A stretch of DNA of 64,000 bases. It comes from Catalimonadaceae bacterium JC749 (GTDB taxonomy: Bacteria > Bacteroidota > Bacteroidia > Cytophagales > Cyclobacteriaceae). A program made the translations under genes and the position numbers. Every line of letters starts with the position of its first letter. Position 1 is the first letter of the stretch. Below the pieces are notes generated by a model. It saw only the letters and a list, made by a program, of their open reading frames with translations, ran no database searches and was not told the origin of the DNA. Below are positions 28,901 through 37,865 of this stretch, in pieces. The stretch is taken from the NCBI GenBank assembly GCA_021730635.1, contig JAJNNC010000007.1, forward strand, positions 25,100-89,099, written 5' to 3'.

Positions 28901-30857
28901 TACTTACCACTTCAATGAGCATTTCCAGGTCAGAAGAAAACTGGGCAACATTCTTATCCAACTGATCTGCCTCTATCACTTTTTTCACTTCAGCGACAGC
29001 TTTTTCTAATGTTTTAATCTGTTGATAGTAAGGATGCAGCGCATCTTCCTGTAACAGAAACTGAACACTCTTCTGTGAGATTCGATCAGCTGATTCCTGA
29101 AGCAAATTTTCGTATTGACTTACCAGCGCTTCATCTACATAGCGGAGATCTTTCAGAGAAACCACTTCTCCCCGCAAAGTACGTAGTTGCGCCAAAGCAT
29201 TGACATACTCGTTGATATGTTCGGGCTTTCTTCTTTTAAGATCATTCACCAAACGCTCAGTGGCCTGAGTAACCTGCAATACCTGCTGGTTTGTATTCTC
29301 CCTAATGCGCTTTACCTTTTCATATTCATCAATAGCGGCAGAAGCCGTATCCCGGATTGCTGTCAATGGTTCATGGAGGGTAAAAGTATCCGGTTTGTCG
29401 AGCCAGTAATAAGCATCCAGGATGATAGTTGCCTGCTTTTGGAGATCCAGGTATATATTCTGGTAATTTTCACCTTTTTCCACCAGCATGATCAGCGCCT
29501 GACATTCAGCCATAGCTCGAACGATATCCTGATTGCCAACCTTCTGCAAATAAGAATCACTTTGAGAGGAAAAGATATAGTTAGGACCTACAAAAGGTGT
29601 TTGCCAGATGCGGATTGCATGATGTCTTTTGGGTTCAGATTCTGCCTTGAAGTAGCAGAGCTCCCCATTCTCAAAAATAGTATATCCATGACAAACGATA
29701 GGGTTCTTTACTGTTTGTTCAATAATATTATAAGGTAGCAGTTGATAAACCCCTAAAGTTTGCTGATAAAAAACATACAAGAAATCTTCTCCATTAGGAG
29801 AGGTTATTTTCTTTTCAAACCGCAGATCTGACAATTCATTATCAAACTGCTTGAATTCTCCTGTTTGCAGATAATAACCATTAGGAAATAAAATACCCTG
29901 CTCATCTGGTAACAGAATAGCAGCATCCTGAATGGCATCAATGCGTTTGACTTCCAGTAACTTAGCATTGTAAGCTATATACCGGTATGCCTTTTCCTGA
30001 TAGGGTCGGATTTTCAGCAAGATGATATTACCCAGGATAGCGTAATAGATTTCAGCATCATCTAAAGTCTGGTCTTTATCTTCTACTTCTTCACGATGAA
30101 TACCCTGACCACTAGCTGTATTGTCTTCTACTTTGATAGTCAGATCACCGCCAATGGTTTCTACAAAAACGCGGTCTTTGATAGAAATATGTGGAAACTT
30201 TCCATCCCTCTGATCATCACGGGTAGTACGTTGCCACACAAAATCATGTTGGGGTGGCAAGGTGAGTTCATGTTCGCTCCGGTTATCCAGATATACCAAC
30301 TCATCACCACTGATTTGCCACTTAAACGCTTTGATATCATTCAACCCTTTACCAATCTGAAAGACCATGTACAGATAGGATTCCTGTAACACAAAGCGAA
30401 TGAACCTGGTATTTTTATAGTACTTATACACTTTTTGAAATTCATCAACAAAAGCCGGATTTTGAATCAGGTCATATCCCAGTTCATGAAAGCTATGCTC
30501 CCGGTAGTCGTATAAACTGAAAACATCGGAAAGTGCTACCTGTGTTTTAAGACCCAAATGTACATTGTAGCCAAAAATGAAACGGGAACCCAGAGACACC
30601 ATATCCATAGGAATACAGTTATTGTGGGTATGAATTCTTTCTGTGGCAATGAGTGTGGTATCGATAGAACCAAATACTTTTTTCCGGACCTGGTTCAGCT
30701 CTTCCAAACGCTTTCGCAGTAAATTAGTATGCTGATGAAGCCGATTTTGAAGGATTTGATAAGTACTGCTTTCCAGCTGATTTTCCGGAGCTTTCTCTAT
30801 GATGCGTTTCTGATCAGACATAGTAGATGTGTAATAGTTCTGAAGGTAAATATTCAT
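25929..30857 (-). CDS. Giant (1642 aa) protein with MoxR/AAA_5-type AAA+ ATPase module near C-terminus; last gene of the pspA–flotillin operon
   Basis: Walker A LLLISPPGYGKTTLMEYL, Walker B MIYLDDIQ, sensor/Arg region VVMAGNPYTESGEKFQIPDMLANRADIY (MoxR-like). About 1200 aa of N-terminal helical/coiled-coil sequence without recognisable motifs. 60-nt gap to the flotillin gene. Confidence 0.7.
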   Translation of the reverse strand: MNIYLQNYYTSTMSDQKRIIEKAPENQLESSTYQILQNRLHQHTNLLRKRLEELNQVRKKVFGSIDTTLIATERIHTHNNCIPMDMVSLGSRFIFGYNVHLGLKTQVALSDVFSLYDYREHSFHELGYDLIQNPAFVDEFQKVYKYYKNTRFIRFVLQESYLYMVFQIGKGLNDIKAFKWQISGDELVYLDNRSEHELTLPPQHDFVWQRTTRDDQRDGKFPHISIKDRVFVETIGGDLTIKVEDNTASGQGIHREEVEDKDQTLDDAEIYYAILGNIILLKIRPYQEKAYRYIAYNAKLLEVKRIDAIQDAAILLPDEQGILFPNGYYLQTGEFKQFDNELSDLRFEKKITSPNGEDFLYVFYQQTLGVYQLLPYNIIEQTVKNPIVCHGYTIFENGELCYFKAESEPKRHHAIRIWQTPFVGPNYIFSSQSDSYLQKVGNQDIVRAMAECQALIMLVEKGENYQNIYLDLQKQATIILDAYYWLDKPDTFTLHEPLTAIRDTASAAIDEYEKVKRIRENTNQQVLQVTQATERLVNDLKRRKPEHINEYVNALAQLRTLRGEVVSLKDLRYVDEALVSQYENLLQESADRISQKSVQFLLQEDALHPYYQQIKTLEKAVAEVKKVIEADQLDKNVAQFSSDLEMLIEVVSNLEIEDATQTTRIIDRISAIFSDLNKIKAQLKHRKKALLSQEGQAVFHAQMKLINQSLLGYMDVADTPEKCDEYITKLMVQLEELEGKFADFDEFIEQITQQREEVYNAFESRKVQLVEARNKRANTLLQSADRILKAIRNRISTFTNVNELNGYFASDLMIEKLRNTIGELQKLGDTVKADDLQSRLKATREDAVRQLKDKSELYVDGESVIRLGNFPFSVNTSTLALTTIEKDGTLCFHLTGTNFYTPVAHVKIQEYKPLWDQALVSENTAVYRAEYLAYQIFLSAQQRNSSHSLGSLAALSSEDLFQLLQQRMTSRYEEGYIKGVHDHDAALILNAVLKIYLTAGLLRYPSEARTCAAFFWLHYLEKSSKNVLNSQLKGAGSILQVFPESDEFDTVKNAITQEIKYFMQESGLFSGHMASMAGEYLFHELIRDDDFVTDQAAIVLKDKFLKKLEQSKATADYQKSVDSLYENPFLQFELIRKWMRSFVHQTGESSAFVHEAAFLLFSDKLKTAQVVEASLQENISGLQGSHAAIREGIYTLHYHHFMEKLHDYTKNIVPAFQDFQQLKRNLVTVYMEELQLETFKPRVMTSFVRNQLIDKVYLPLIGANLAKQIGIAGEGKRTDLMGMLLLISPPGYGKTTLMEYLANRLGIVFMKINGPAIGHAVTAVDPAEAPNAGARAELEKLNLAFEMGDNVMIYLDDIQHCNPEFLQKFISLCDAQRKIEGVYKGKSKTYDFRGKKVCVVMAGNPYTESGEKFQIPDMLANRADIYNLGDIIGDSATEFKLSYLENCLTSNPVLNKLVSKSQRDVYTLVKIAETGEQEGVEFEVHHAAEEVREYVAVLHKLLTVRDTVLKVNREYIRSAAQADAYRAEPPFKLQGSYRDMNKIAEKVMPVTNKEELHTLIFSHYESEAQTLTSGAEANLLKFKELMNELDDTEKVRWNEIKAIFFKHQRANGYGNNGIEKAVEQMEEISVSLKGIVEWLTKQ

Positions 30858-30916
30858 ACCGGATGCCAGCTACCATAAAAGAGTTGGGAGTGCGCATCCA
30901 GTATATTGTTTTAACT

Positions 30917-33085
30917 TTAAGTATGAATATTTTTTACCGGTTCATGGGCCATGCCGGTGGTACGTGCCATGTCAAGTAATTTACCCAGACTGTCTTTTGC
31001 TTCTTTCTGATCGGTTTGCCCCATCATTTTGAGCAATAAGGCGGAAACTGTCAGATTTTTCATGTCATCAGACGTTACACCGAACTGATCAATGAATTTT
31101 CGGAAATTTTCTTTGAAAGAACCACCTCCGTTGGTAGTACTAAAGAACGTATCCTTCACATCCATCAGCGTACTGCTATTGCGTACCATACCCTCAATAG
31201 CCTTTCCTTTAGTAATAGAACCCATGATCTGCTCGAAGAACATAGTTTCTCCACCAATGATATCAATATTAGCAGCTCTCAATGCTTCGGCAATCACCTT
31301 AGCCTGGGCTTCAGAGATATCTTTCTGGATATTGATCCTGGCCAGTTCAATGATCTTTTCTGTGTCCAGTTTCAGCTTGAACTCTTCATGCTCGCGACCT
31401 ACGCCATCCAGTTCCTGCATGGCTTTTGCTTTTTCACGGATACCATCCGCTTCAGCTTTGAATTTCTCATTCATGATGCGAGCTTCCATCATTCCTTGTT
31501 TTTCGCTGGCCGTTGCTTTGATTTCTACTACCTCAGCCTCAGATTTACCCTGCTCTCTGCCCACTTTGGCTTTCACCAACCCCAGTTTCTCATCAGCTTC
31601 TGCCTGTGCCTGGCTAGTAGCCCGGATTTTGTTAGCTTCTGCTTCAGCCGTAGCTTCAATGACATAGGCTTCTGCATGACCTTCTTTCTCACGGGCAGCT
31701 GCTTTGGCTTCCATGACCTGTGCTTCGGACAAACCGATAGAAGCCTTTTGAGCAGCTTCAGCATCTGCCATGATTTTCATGGCTTTGGCTTTAAAATCAG
31801 CCGCATCTTGCTCAGCCTGCGCATCAATCGTAATTTGTTTGGCTTTATGCTCAGAAGCCTGTTTGGCAGCTTCAGCTGCTTTGATCTCTTTGACCAGTGC
31901 TTCCTGCGCATCTCGTTCGGCATTGACCAGTGCTACTTGTTTGCTACGTTCTGCTTCGGCCATAGCACGGGTATCTTTAATCTTTTCTTCTTCGGTTACA
32001 GTAGCTTTTTCTACCATCACACGCTCCCGGATGACCTCCTGAATATTCTTACGTTCTTCCTCTAGTGATTTTTCTTTTTCAATGCGAGCCAGTTCTACCA
32101 CTCTTTCTTTTTCAGTAGCTTCCAGCAAACGAGCTTGTTCCACGCGCTCCTGTTCAATGGCATCAGTACGTTCCTTATTACGCTGTGCTACCAATACCTG
32201 CCGTTCTTTATTCTGTTCGGCTACGCCTACTTCTTCTTCTGTAGCGATACGAGCCTGCTCTGCTTTTTTATGTTCTTCCTGTCTTACTTTTTCCCGTTCG
32301 GCTGACTCTCTGGAACGGATGTTAGAAATTTCCCGCTGCTGTTTTTCCTGCTTTTCCACTAATTGCTTTTCCAACTCAAGGATGGTTTCTTCTGCTTCTA
32401 CATCCTGCTTCTTTAGTGTTTTTTTCTTTTCATTCTCGATAAGATTGGCCTTCACTTTTTGCTGGGCAGTCAGGTCAATGATTTTTTTAATACCTTCGGA
32501 ATCCAGAATATTATCGCTGTTAAGATGCTCCAGCGGCGTCTGTTCCAGATAATCAATGGCACAATCGTCCAGAATATAACCGTTCAGATCGGTCCCGATC
32601 TCTTCCAGTATTTTTTCTTTGAACTGACTTCGGGAGTTGTACAATTCTACAAATTCAAAGTGTTTACCTACAGTTTTCAAAGCTTCTGAGAATTTGGCAT
32701 CGAACAAAAGTTGTAACTGATCAGGATCAGAAGCTCTTTTGCAACCAATGGATTGCGCTACATGGACCACATCTTCTTTGGTTTTGTTGACCCGGATAAA
32801 GAACGACACTTTGATGTCAGCCCGAAGGTTATCTTTACAGATGAGTCCATCTTTACCCATACGGGAGATTTCCATAGATTTCAGAGTAATGTCCATCACT
32901 TCCAGTTTATGGAGAACAGGCACTACAAAAATCCCTGAAAAGGAGATTTTTACATCTCCCAAGCCGGTGCGAACCAATGCTTCTCCCTGCACCGCCTTCT
33001 GGTACATTTTTATAAGAAGAGAAAGCAGTCCGATAAACAAGACTACCCCGATGATGATGATAGCCCAAAGCATTTGTTTTTCCAT
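30917..33085 (-). CDS. Flotillin-like SPFH/Band-7 protein (YqiK family) with long EA-rich coiled-coil
   Basis: N-terminal TM (MLWAIIIIGVVLFIGLLSLLI), then an SPFH domain (GEALVRTGLGDVKISFSGIFVVPVLHKLEVMDITLKSMEI...), then a long E/A/K/Q-rich repeat region. Confidence 0.85.
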   Translation of the reverse strand: MEKQMLWAIIIIGVVLFIGLLSLLIKMYQKAVQGEALVRTGLGDVKISFSGIFVVPVLHKLEVMDITLKSMEISRMGKDGLICKDNLRADIKVSFFIRVNKTKEDVVHVAQSIGCKRASDPDQLQLLFDAKFSEALKTVGKHFEFVELYNSRSQFKEKILEEIGTDLNGYILDDCAIDYLEQTPLEHLNSDNILDSEGIKKIIDLTAQQKVKANLIENEKKKTLKKQDVEAEETILELEKQLVEKQEKQQREISNIRSRESAEREKVRQEEHKKAEQARIATEEEVGVAEQNKERQVLVAQRNKERTDAIEQERVEQARLLEATEKERVVELARIEKEKSLEEERKNIQEVIRERVMVEKATVTEEEKIKDTRAMAEAERSKQVALVNAERDAQEALVKEIKAAEAAKQASEHKAKQITIDAQAEQDAADFKAKAMKIMADAEAAQKASIGLSEAQVMEAKAAAREKEGHAEAYVIEATAEAEANKIRATSQAQAEADEKLGLVKAKVGREQGKSEAEVVEIKATASEKQGMMEARIMNEKFKAEADGIREKAKAMQELDGVGREHEEFKLKLDTEKIIELARINIQKDISEAQAKVIAEALRAANIDIIGGETMFFEQIMGSITKGKAIEGMVRNSSTLMDVKDTFFSTTNGGGSFKENFRKFIDQFGVTSDDMKNLTVSALLLKMMGQTDQKEAKDSLGKLLDMARTTGMAHEPVKNIHT

Positions 33086-33500
33086 TGTTGTTAGTTTAGT
33101 GATAAAATTGAAATAGCAGTCAGGAGGCAGAAGTAAGAATTGCTTGTATACAACTTTTCGAAAGTTTACTCACTTCTAATAGTTTAATTTCTTCCACAAA
33201 GGAGTTATATCTCAGATCTTCTGAAAGAATAAGCTCATATCTTACTTCTTCCAAAGAACCTTGTGCGATGTCTAGAAAGCGTACTTTAACTTGTCCGCCT
33301 CTTTTGCAGAACCCTTCCGCAATGTTGGCAGGTAGTGATACGGTAGCTCTTCGTATTTGGCTTGCAAGACCGTATTTTTCATCAGATGGGAATGATCTAG
33401 TTTTCTGATAAATAGCAGCACTATTTTATGCACTTTTCTCCAAACTATTAGTCCTGGAAGCTTTTAGACTTCTGCATTTATTTTGTATTCTGACGTAAGG

Positions 33501-34130
33501 TCAAATTACATAAGGTTCTACGAGATAAATATTGCGATCTTGCTGATATTCTATCACCATGCCAGTATCACCGCTTTGGACGGATTTTCCCTCTGGTGTT
33601 TGAATATTTAAGAGTAAAGGAGCACCACTTGTATCAATTTTGGCTTGTCCTATTTTTTTACTACTCGCCTGGGAGGTAACTATACAGATTTTACCGATCA
33701 GTGACATATTCCGCTCCATATCATTGTCCAGTTGGCCAAACAGGCGAATAAAAGGCTGTGTCAGAAACTTAGCAATAAAAAGGCTTATGATTAAATTTGG
33801 AATCAGAAGCAGAAGCGAAACCCAAAACGATTCATTACCAAGATAGTAGTTTCCCATGACGGAGATCACCCAGATTGGAATGATCAGAAAAGTCATGAAT
33901 ACCATGAAAGGTACCTGGCCCAAGTTGAAGAACCCCAACACATGATTGAGCCAGGATACTGAAAACTCTCCATCAACGTCCGCATCTGTCTCCAATTCAA
34001 TATCAAGATCAAAAAAATCAATATCGATGGCTCCCAGCATCACTACTACCCAATAGACGAGTACGAATACCAGTAGGATAGTAGGAATCAAATTGGGCGC
34101 TGAGATAGCGGCGTTTAACAGATCATTCAT
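33501..34130 (-). CDS. YqiJ/NfeD-like inner-membrane protein (partner of flotillin)
   Basis: Taken from the internal ATG (34128-34130), giving MNDLLNAAISAPNLIPTILLVFVLVYWVVVMLGAIDIDFFDLDIELETDADVDGE.... It has TM helices plus a C-terminal OB-like segment. The start lies 4 nt after the pspA stop. The longer track ORF would overlap pspA by 150 nt. Confidence 0.5.
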   Translation of the reverse strand: MNDLLNAAISAPNLIPTILLVFVLVYWVVVMLGAIDIDFFDLDIELETDADVDGEFSVSWLNHVLGFFNLGQVPFMVFMTFLIIPIWVISVMGNYYLGNESFWVSLLLLIPNLIISLFIAKFLTQPFIRLFGQLDNDMERNMSLIGKICIVTSQASSKKIGQAKIDTSGAPLLLNIQTPEGKSVQSGDTGMVIEYQQDRNIYLVEPYVI

Positions 34131-34854
34131 TTTCGCTATTGTTGCTTTTCTCAGGTAATCCCAATCTTTTTTTGAGCTCCAGCAGTTTATGGGAAGCCCC
34201 TGTATCCTGTTCCGTTTCCAGGGCACGATCAATCTCCTCATCAATCGTTTTGGCTTCCGCAGCAATTTCTCCATAAGACTGTGCGATCGCTTCTTCCTGC
34301 TCTACTTTAATTTTCATACGCTCCAGCATGGCTACTGTGCTGGAAGTGTCAATATTGGCTAGCTGCTTATTCATCGTCTTGGTAGCAGAACTTACCCTCA
34401 TACGGGCTTTCAGTGTACGCAATTCGTTCTCCCAGGTATTGATATTAGATTTCAGGGTATCAATATTTTTCTCCAGATGCTGTACGGAGATGTCATATTT
34501 CTGCTGCTCAATGCGCAGACGGGAAACTTCTTTTTCCGACTGTTCTTTTCGGGTCAGGGCTTCTGTTGCCAATCTGTCGGCTTCAGTCTGAGAAATTTCA
34601 CCCTTTTCCGATTTATGAAGCAACAGAATTGCTTTTTGCTCATAATCTTTGGCGCGTTCTTCCTGCGCACGAAGGTCATTTTTCGTCCGGATAGACAGCG
34701 CTTTGACTTCTGCCAAGGCTTGTAAAGCTTTATCCATCTCAATTTTCATATCCCGGATTCCCTGTTCAGTCATCTTGATAGGGTCTTCCAGTTTGTTAAT
34801 GGCGTTGTGTGCTTCTGCCTGACCAACTTTAAATAATCTGCTGAAAATATTCAT
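34123..34854 (-). CDS. pspA: Phage shock protein A / IM30 family (ESCRT-III superfamily)
   Basis: MNIFSRLFKVGQAEAHNAINKLEDPIKMTEQGIRDM... aligns with E. coli PspA [36 protein letters not shown]. Coiled-coil throughout. Confidence 0.85.
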   Translation of the reverse strand: MNIFSRLFKVGQAEAHNAINKLEDPIKMTEQGIRDMKIEMDKALQALAEVKALSIRTKNDLRAQEERAKDYEQKAILLLHKSEKGEISQTEADRLATEALTRKEQSEKEVSRLRIEQQKYDISVQHLEKNIDTLKSNINTWENELRTLKARMRVSSATKTMNKQLANIDTSSTVAMLERMKIKVEQEEAIAQSYGEIAAEAKTIDEEIDRALETEQDTGASHKLLELKKRLGLPEKSNNSENE

Positions 34855-34934
34855 GATTTGTTACTTTATGTGTTTTAAAAGATAGATTAGAGGTATGGGT
34901 ACAAGTCTATGCTCGTACAAAATATATAGTCTTA

Positions 34935-35330
34935 TTAAGCTCTTGAAATTTTAATGATTTCTTCCGAAAACTCGCTGAGCAAAAGTCCCAGTGAGTTAAA
35001 AGAGGCCTCCAACTCATTCAGGTCCAGCGTATCTAATTGCAGTGTATCTCTGAAAATGACCCGCTTTCCCGTTTGATCCAATACAAAGGCTCCATGGATA
35101 ATATCCCGGTTTTTTTGTAAAAGCAGTTTGTACACTTCCATAGACTCATTTTTTATTTCACAAATAAATTGTTCCATAATGAGGATAGGATCTGCACAGC
35201 CTAACACCATTTTATTCACCCCAGTACTCTCATTGTGAATGAGAAAGATTCCTTCCCTTTCATGCTCATACTCAATGGAGTAGTTCAGTGTCAGGAGATA
35301 CTGCTTAACTTTCAAAAACGAAGGATTCAT
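34935..35330 (-). CDS. Small cytoplasmic protein, possibly YbjN-like (131 aa), first gene of pspA operon
   Basis: ORF immediately upstream of pspA on the same strand. The YbjN assignment is a weak guess from size and pattern. Confidence 0.35.
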   Translation of the reverse strand: MNPSFLKVKQYLLTLNYSIEYEHEREGIFLIHNESTGVNKMVLGCADPILIMEQFICEIKNESMEVYKLLLQKNRDIIHGAFVLDQTGKRVIFRDTLQLDTLDLNELEASFNSLGLLLSEFSEEIIKISRA

Positions 35331-35526
35331 AGTTGTGTAGCTTTTATTACTTTTAAGTCAGCTTCTATCAATTTTACTTTTCTGCCAAAGATAGATGATG
35401 CTGGTTAGGCTATCTATAAAATCTGTCTTTGGGTTGCTGTCTTATTATTGGCTTTTAGGTTATATTTACGTATGTTTGCTCAAAATGTTAGCATAACTCA
35501 TAATATTAGCAATATTTTTTATTAAC

Positions 35527-36324
35527 ATGTCTATTATCGGAAAAAATATAAAGAAAATAAGAGCCGTCAAGAAAATCAGCCAAAGCGATTTTGCTGATCT
35601 TTTCAACTTATCCAGAGGCAGTGTCGGCTCTTATGAAGAAGGACGGGCAGAGCCGAAAATAGACACCATCATACGGATTGCCAATTATTTTAGCTTATCC
35701 ATTGACCTACTGCTAACCAAAGAACTGACTGTTAATGAACTCTATAGATTTGATATTTTCAAAGAGGAATTTCATCATAAAGCGGCAGAAAAAATAATTA
35801 TTGAAGACAAAGATCAAAACAAAGAGGATACCCCTCTGGTCACCAGGGAAAGCTACCTGGAATATATTGTCAGTTTTCAGAATAAGGATTATATCAACCG
35901 TTTGCCTTATGTAAAACTTCCTAATACGCAGCATGAAAAATCCAGGGCTTTTGAAGTGCAGGATGATGCTATGGAATTTAACAGTAAGGGATTACTTATA
36001 GGAGATATTTTATCCTGCTCCCTGCTCACCAAAGAAGACTATGCCCGGCTTCCTTTGGGAGAGGTATATGTGATTATTACTGATAAAGGTATTTATACCA
36101 GGCGGCTCAGCCACCACAAACCAAAACTTTTGTTTGAGGCAGATAATCCTAATTATGATGCGTTAGAAATTTCAGAGACCGAGCTATTAGAACTCTGGAA
36201 AGTAGAAGGATTTTATAGTACCATCCTTAAACCTCCTTCCAGGATGGAAGAACGTATGGCTATTCTGGAAAAGAAGGTAGCCGTATTGGAGAAAATAATA
36301 CAAAAATCACAGGTTGCTTCCTGA
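35527..36324 (+). CDS. XRE-family HTH transcriptional regulator with C-terminal S24/LexA-like (non-catalytic) domain
   Basis: N-terminal HTH (IKKIRAVKKISQSDFADLFNLSRGSVGSYEEGRAEPKIDTIIRIANYF). The C-terminal VQDDAMEFNSKGLLIGDIL...VYVIITDKGIYTRRL resembles the S24 fold but has DAM where the catalytic motif is G(D)SM. Divergently transcribed from the pspA operon. Confidence 0.6.
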   Translation: MSIIGKNIKKIRAVKKISQSDFADLFNLSRGSVGSYEEGRAEPKIDTIIRIANYFSLSIDLLLTKELTVNELYRFDIFKEEFHHKAAEKIIIEDKDQNKEDTPLVTRESYLEYIVSFQNKDYINRLPYVKLPNTQHEKSRAFEVQDDAMEFNSKGLLIGDILSCSLLTKEDYARLPLGEVYVIITDKGIYTRRLSHHKPKLLFEADNPNYDALEISETELLELWKVEGFYSTILKPPSRMEERMAILEKKVAVLEKIIQKSQVAS

Positions 36325-36761
36325 AAACATCTGGGGTAGCACGACTCTTGCCAATTATAATATGAATCTCCAGGATTTCAATCAATACAAAGTCGTCTTA
36401 TTTATGGAGAATAATTGGCATCCGGGGCTGCTATTTCTCAAGTTTCTATAGAAACCCGCCAAGGGCTGGATGTTAAGTATGTCAATGAATGACCAGTAAA
36501 TGCAGTGTTTCTTATGATATTCTGAAAGGATATGTCACCAGGAGTAGCCAGAGATAAGGGGCTTTTCACTCACAGGTTGCAGGAACATCATTATAAAAGC
36601 CAAGATAGGAAAGGTATGTGTAGTTATCAGTTTTATTGTATGAGGGGGTAACTTTACCCTTGATAGCGTATCTGGATGATCGTGATTACCACCCGGTTAC
36701 AGCAGACTCATCCTGAGTTTTTTACATTAAATTACAAAAATAGGTAGCGTTAATGTTTTTG

Positions 36762-37022
36762 TTAGTGAATCTCAGGGGAACGTTTTTGCAGTTGTTGACT
36801 CAACAGGGTATTGACAGAATGGTTGATATCTTCGATGGTTGACAGCAATTGTTTAAGTTCATTGAGTTTATGAAGTTTTTCAAACCGCTCTTCCTCATTC
36901 GAGGTTTTCGTCTCCTTCAACATATTATTGATACTGATTTTAATCTGTTCGCAAACGTACTGAATGTCTTCTGATTGCAGATTATGCTGTTCATTTTTCT
37001 GTGCTCCTATCGTATGCATCAT
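36762..37022 (-). CDS. Small helical hypothetical protein (86 aa)
   Basis: Only ORF in a ~1.1 kb AT-rich gap. No further support. Confidence 0.25.
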   Translation of the reverse strand: MMHTIGAQKNEQHNLQSEDIQYVCEQIKISINNMLKETKTSNEEERFEKLHKLNELKQLLSTIEDINHSVNTLLSQQLQKRSPEIH

Positions 37023-37499
37023 GGCTTTTACATTTAATTCCTTTTTTAAAACTTTTCAAAGTTACATAACAGGTTTATAAAATCAGCAACAATTATCGTT
37101 CTTTATTTAAAAATTCATGATGAAAAAATGCCCTTTTTAAAAATTATACTGATAAATTGAAATATTTCCACAAAATTATTAAATAAATCGCCTTATTTCT
37201 TCTAATTTTTTTTGGTACTTGTTCCCCCTATTCCAGGTTTTCCTCATAACCGGCACGATATTCCACACTCTGTTTCTGCATTACAAAAATTTAGCAGTGA
37301 AATACATTCCAGAATTGCTTTAACAATATTTTTTTAGCGAAAAATAAGCTAATACTTAGTTAAGTCTTTTAAAAAGTATAATTGATAATGATATGATATT
37401 AAAAATTATAAAAGATTACATTTAGTGAGAACTTATATAATAGAAATTTTCTAACATTTTATAATGATTTACCTTTATTCGAATTTAATGTGAGAAACT

Positions 37500-37865
37500 A
37501 TGTGGTACAGCCATAACAACATTATTGATACGATAGACTATAGCTATTTACACTGTCTTTTTGAATCTCAGGAAGAAACAGATAATTTTTTAAGGATTTT
37601 TATAGAAGAGCTTAAAATAGCTAAAGTTAATTTTCTCTCTGCGATTGCCAACCAGAAGTTAGAGATTTTCAGACAGACCCACCATAATGTGAAGCCTCAC
37701 CTGGAAATACTTAAAATCAATAATCTGAATGCTACACTGGAACAGGCGAAAGCTAAATTAATGGCACCGGATCAACCTTTTGAGGATCGTGATGTATACA
37801 TATATACCATTGGCAATGCTTTTGATGCCATTATCAGAGACATTAACAAAAAATTAATAAGCTAA
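37500..37865 (+). CDS. Possible Hpt-like phosphotransfer protein (121 aa)
   Basis: Helical. Has a ...FRQTHHNVKPHLEIL... segment loosely reminiscent of the Hpt HxxKG region. Its end overlaps the convergent sensor kinase gene by 4 nt. Confidence 0.35.
   Translation: MWYSHNNIIDTIDYSYLHCLFESQEETDNFLRIFIEELKIAKVNFLSAIANQKLEIFRQTHHNVKPHLEILKINNLNATLEQAKAKLMAPDQPFEDRDVYIYTIGNAFDAIIRDINKKLIS

Noticed and set aside
31092-33116. Cluster of plus-strand ORFs (up to 225 aa, S/A/F/C-rich) antisense to the flotillin gene
   Set aside because: They are produced by the low-complexity EA-rich coiled-coil coding region read in reverse. Their translations are low-complexity.
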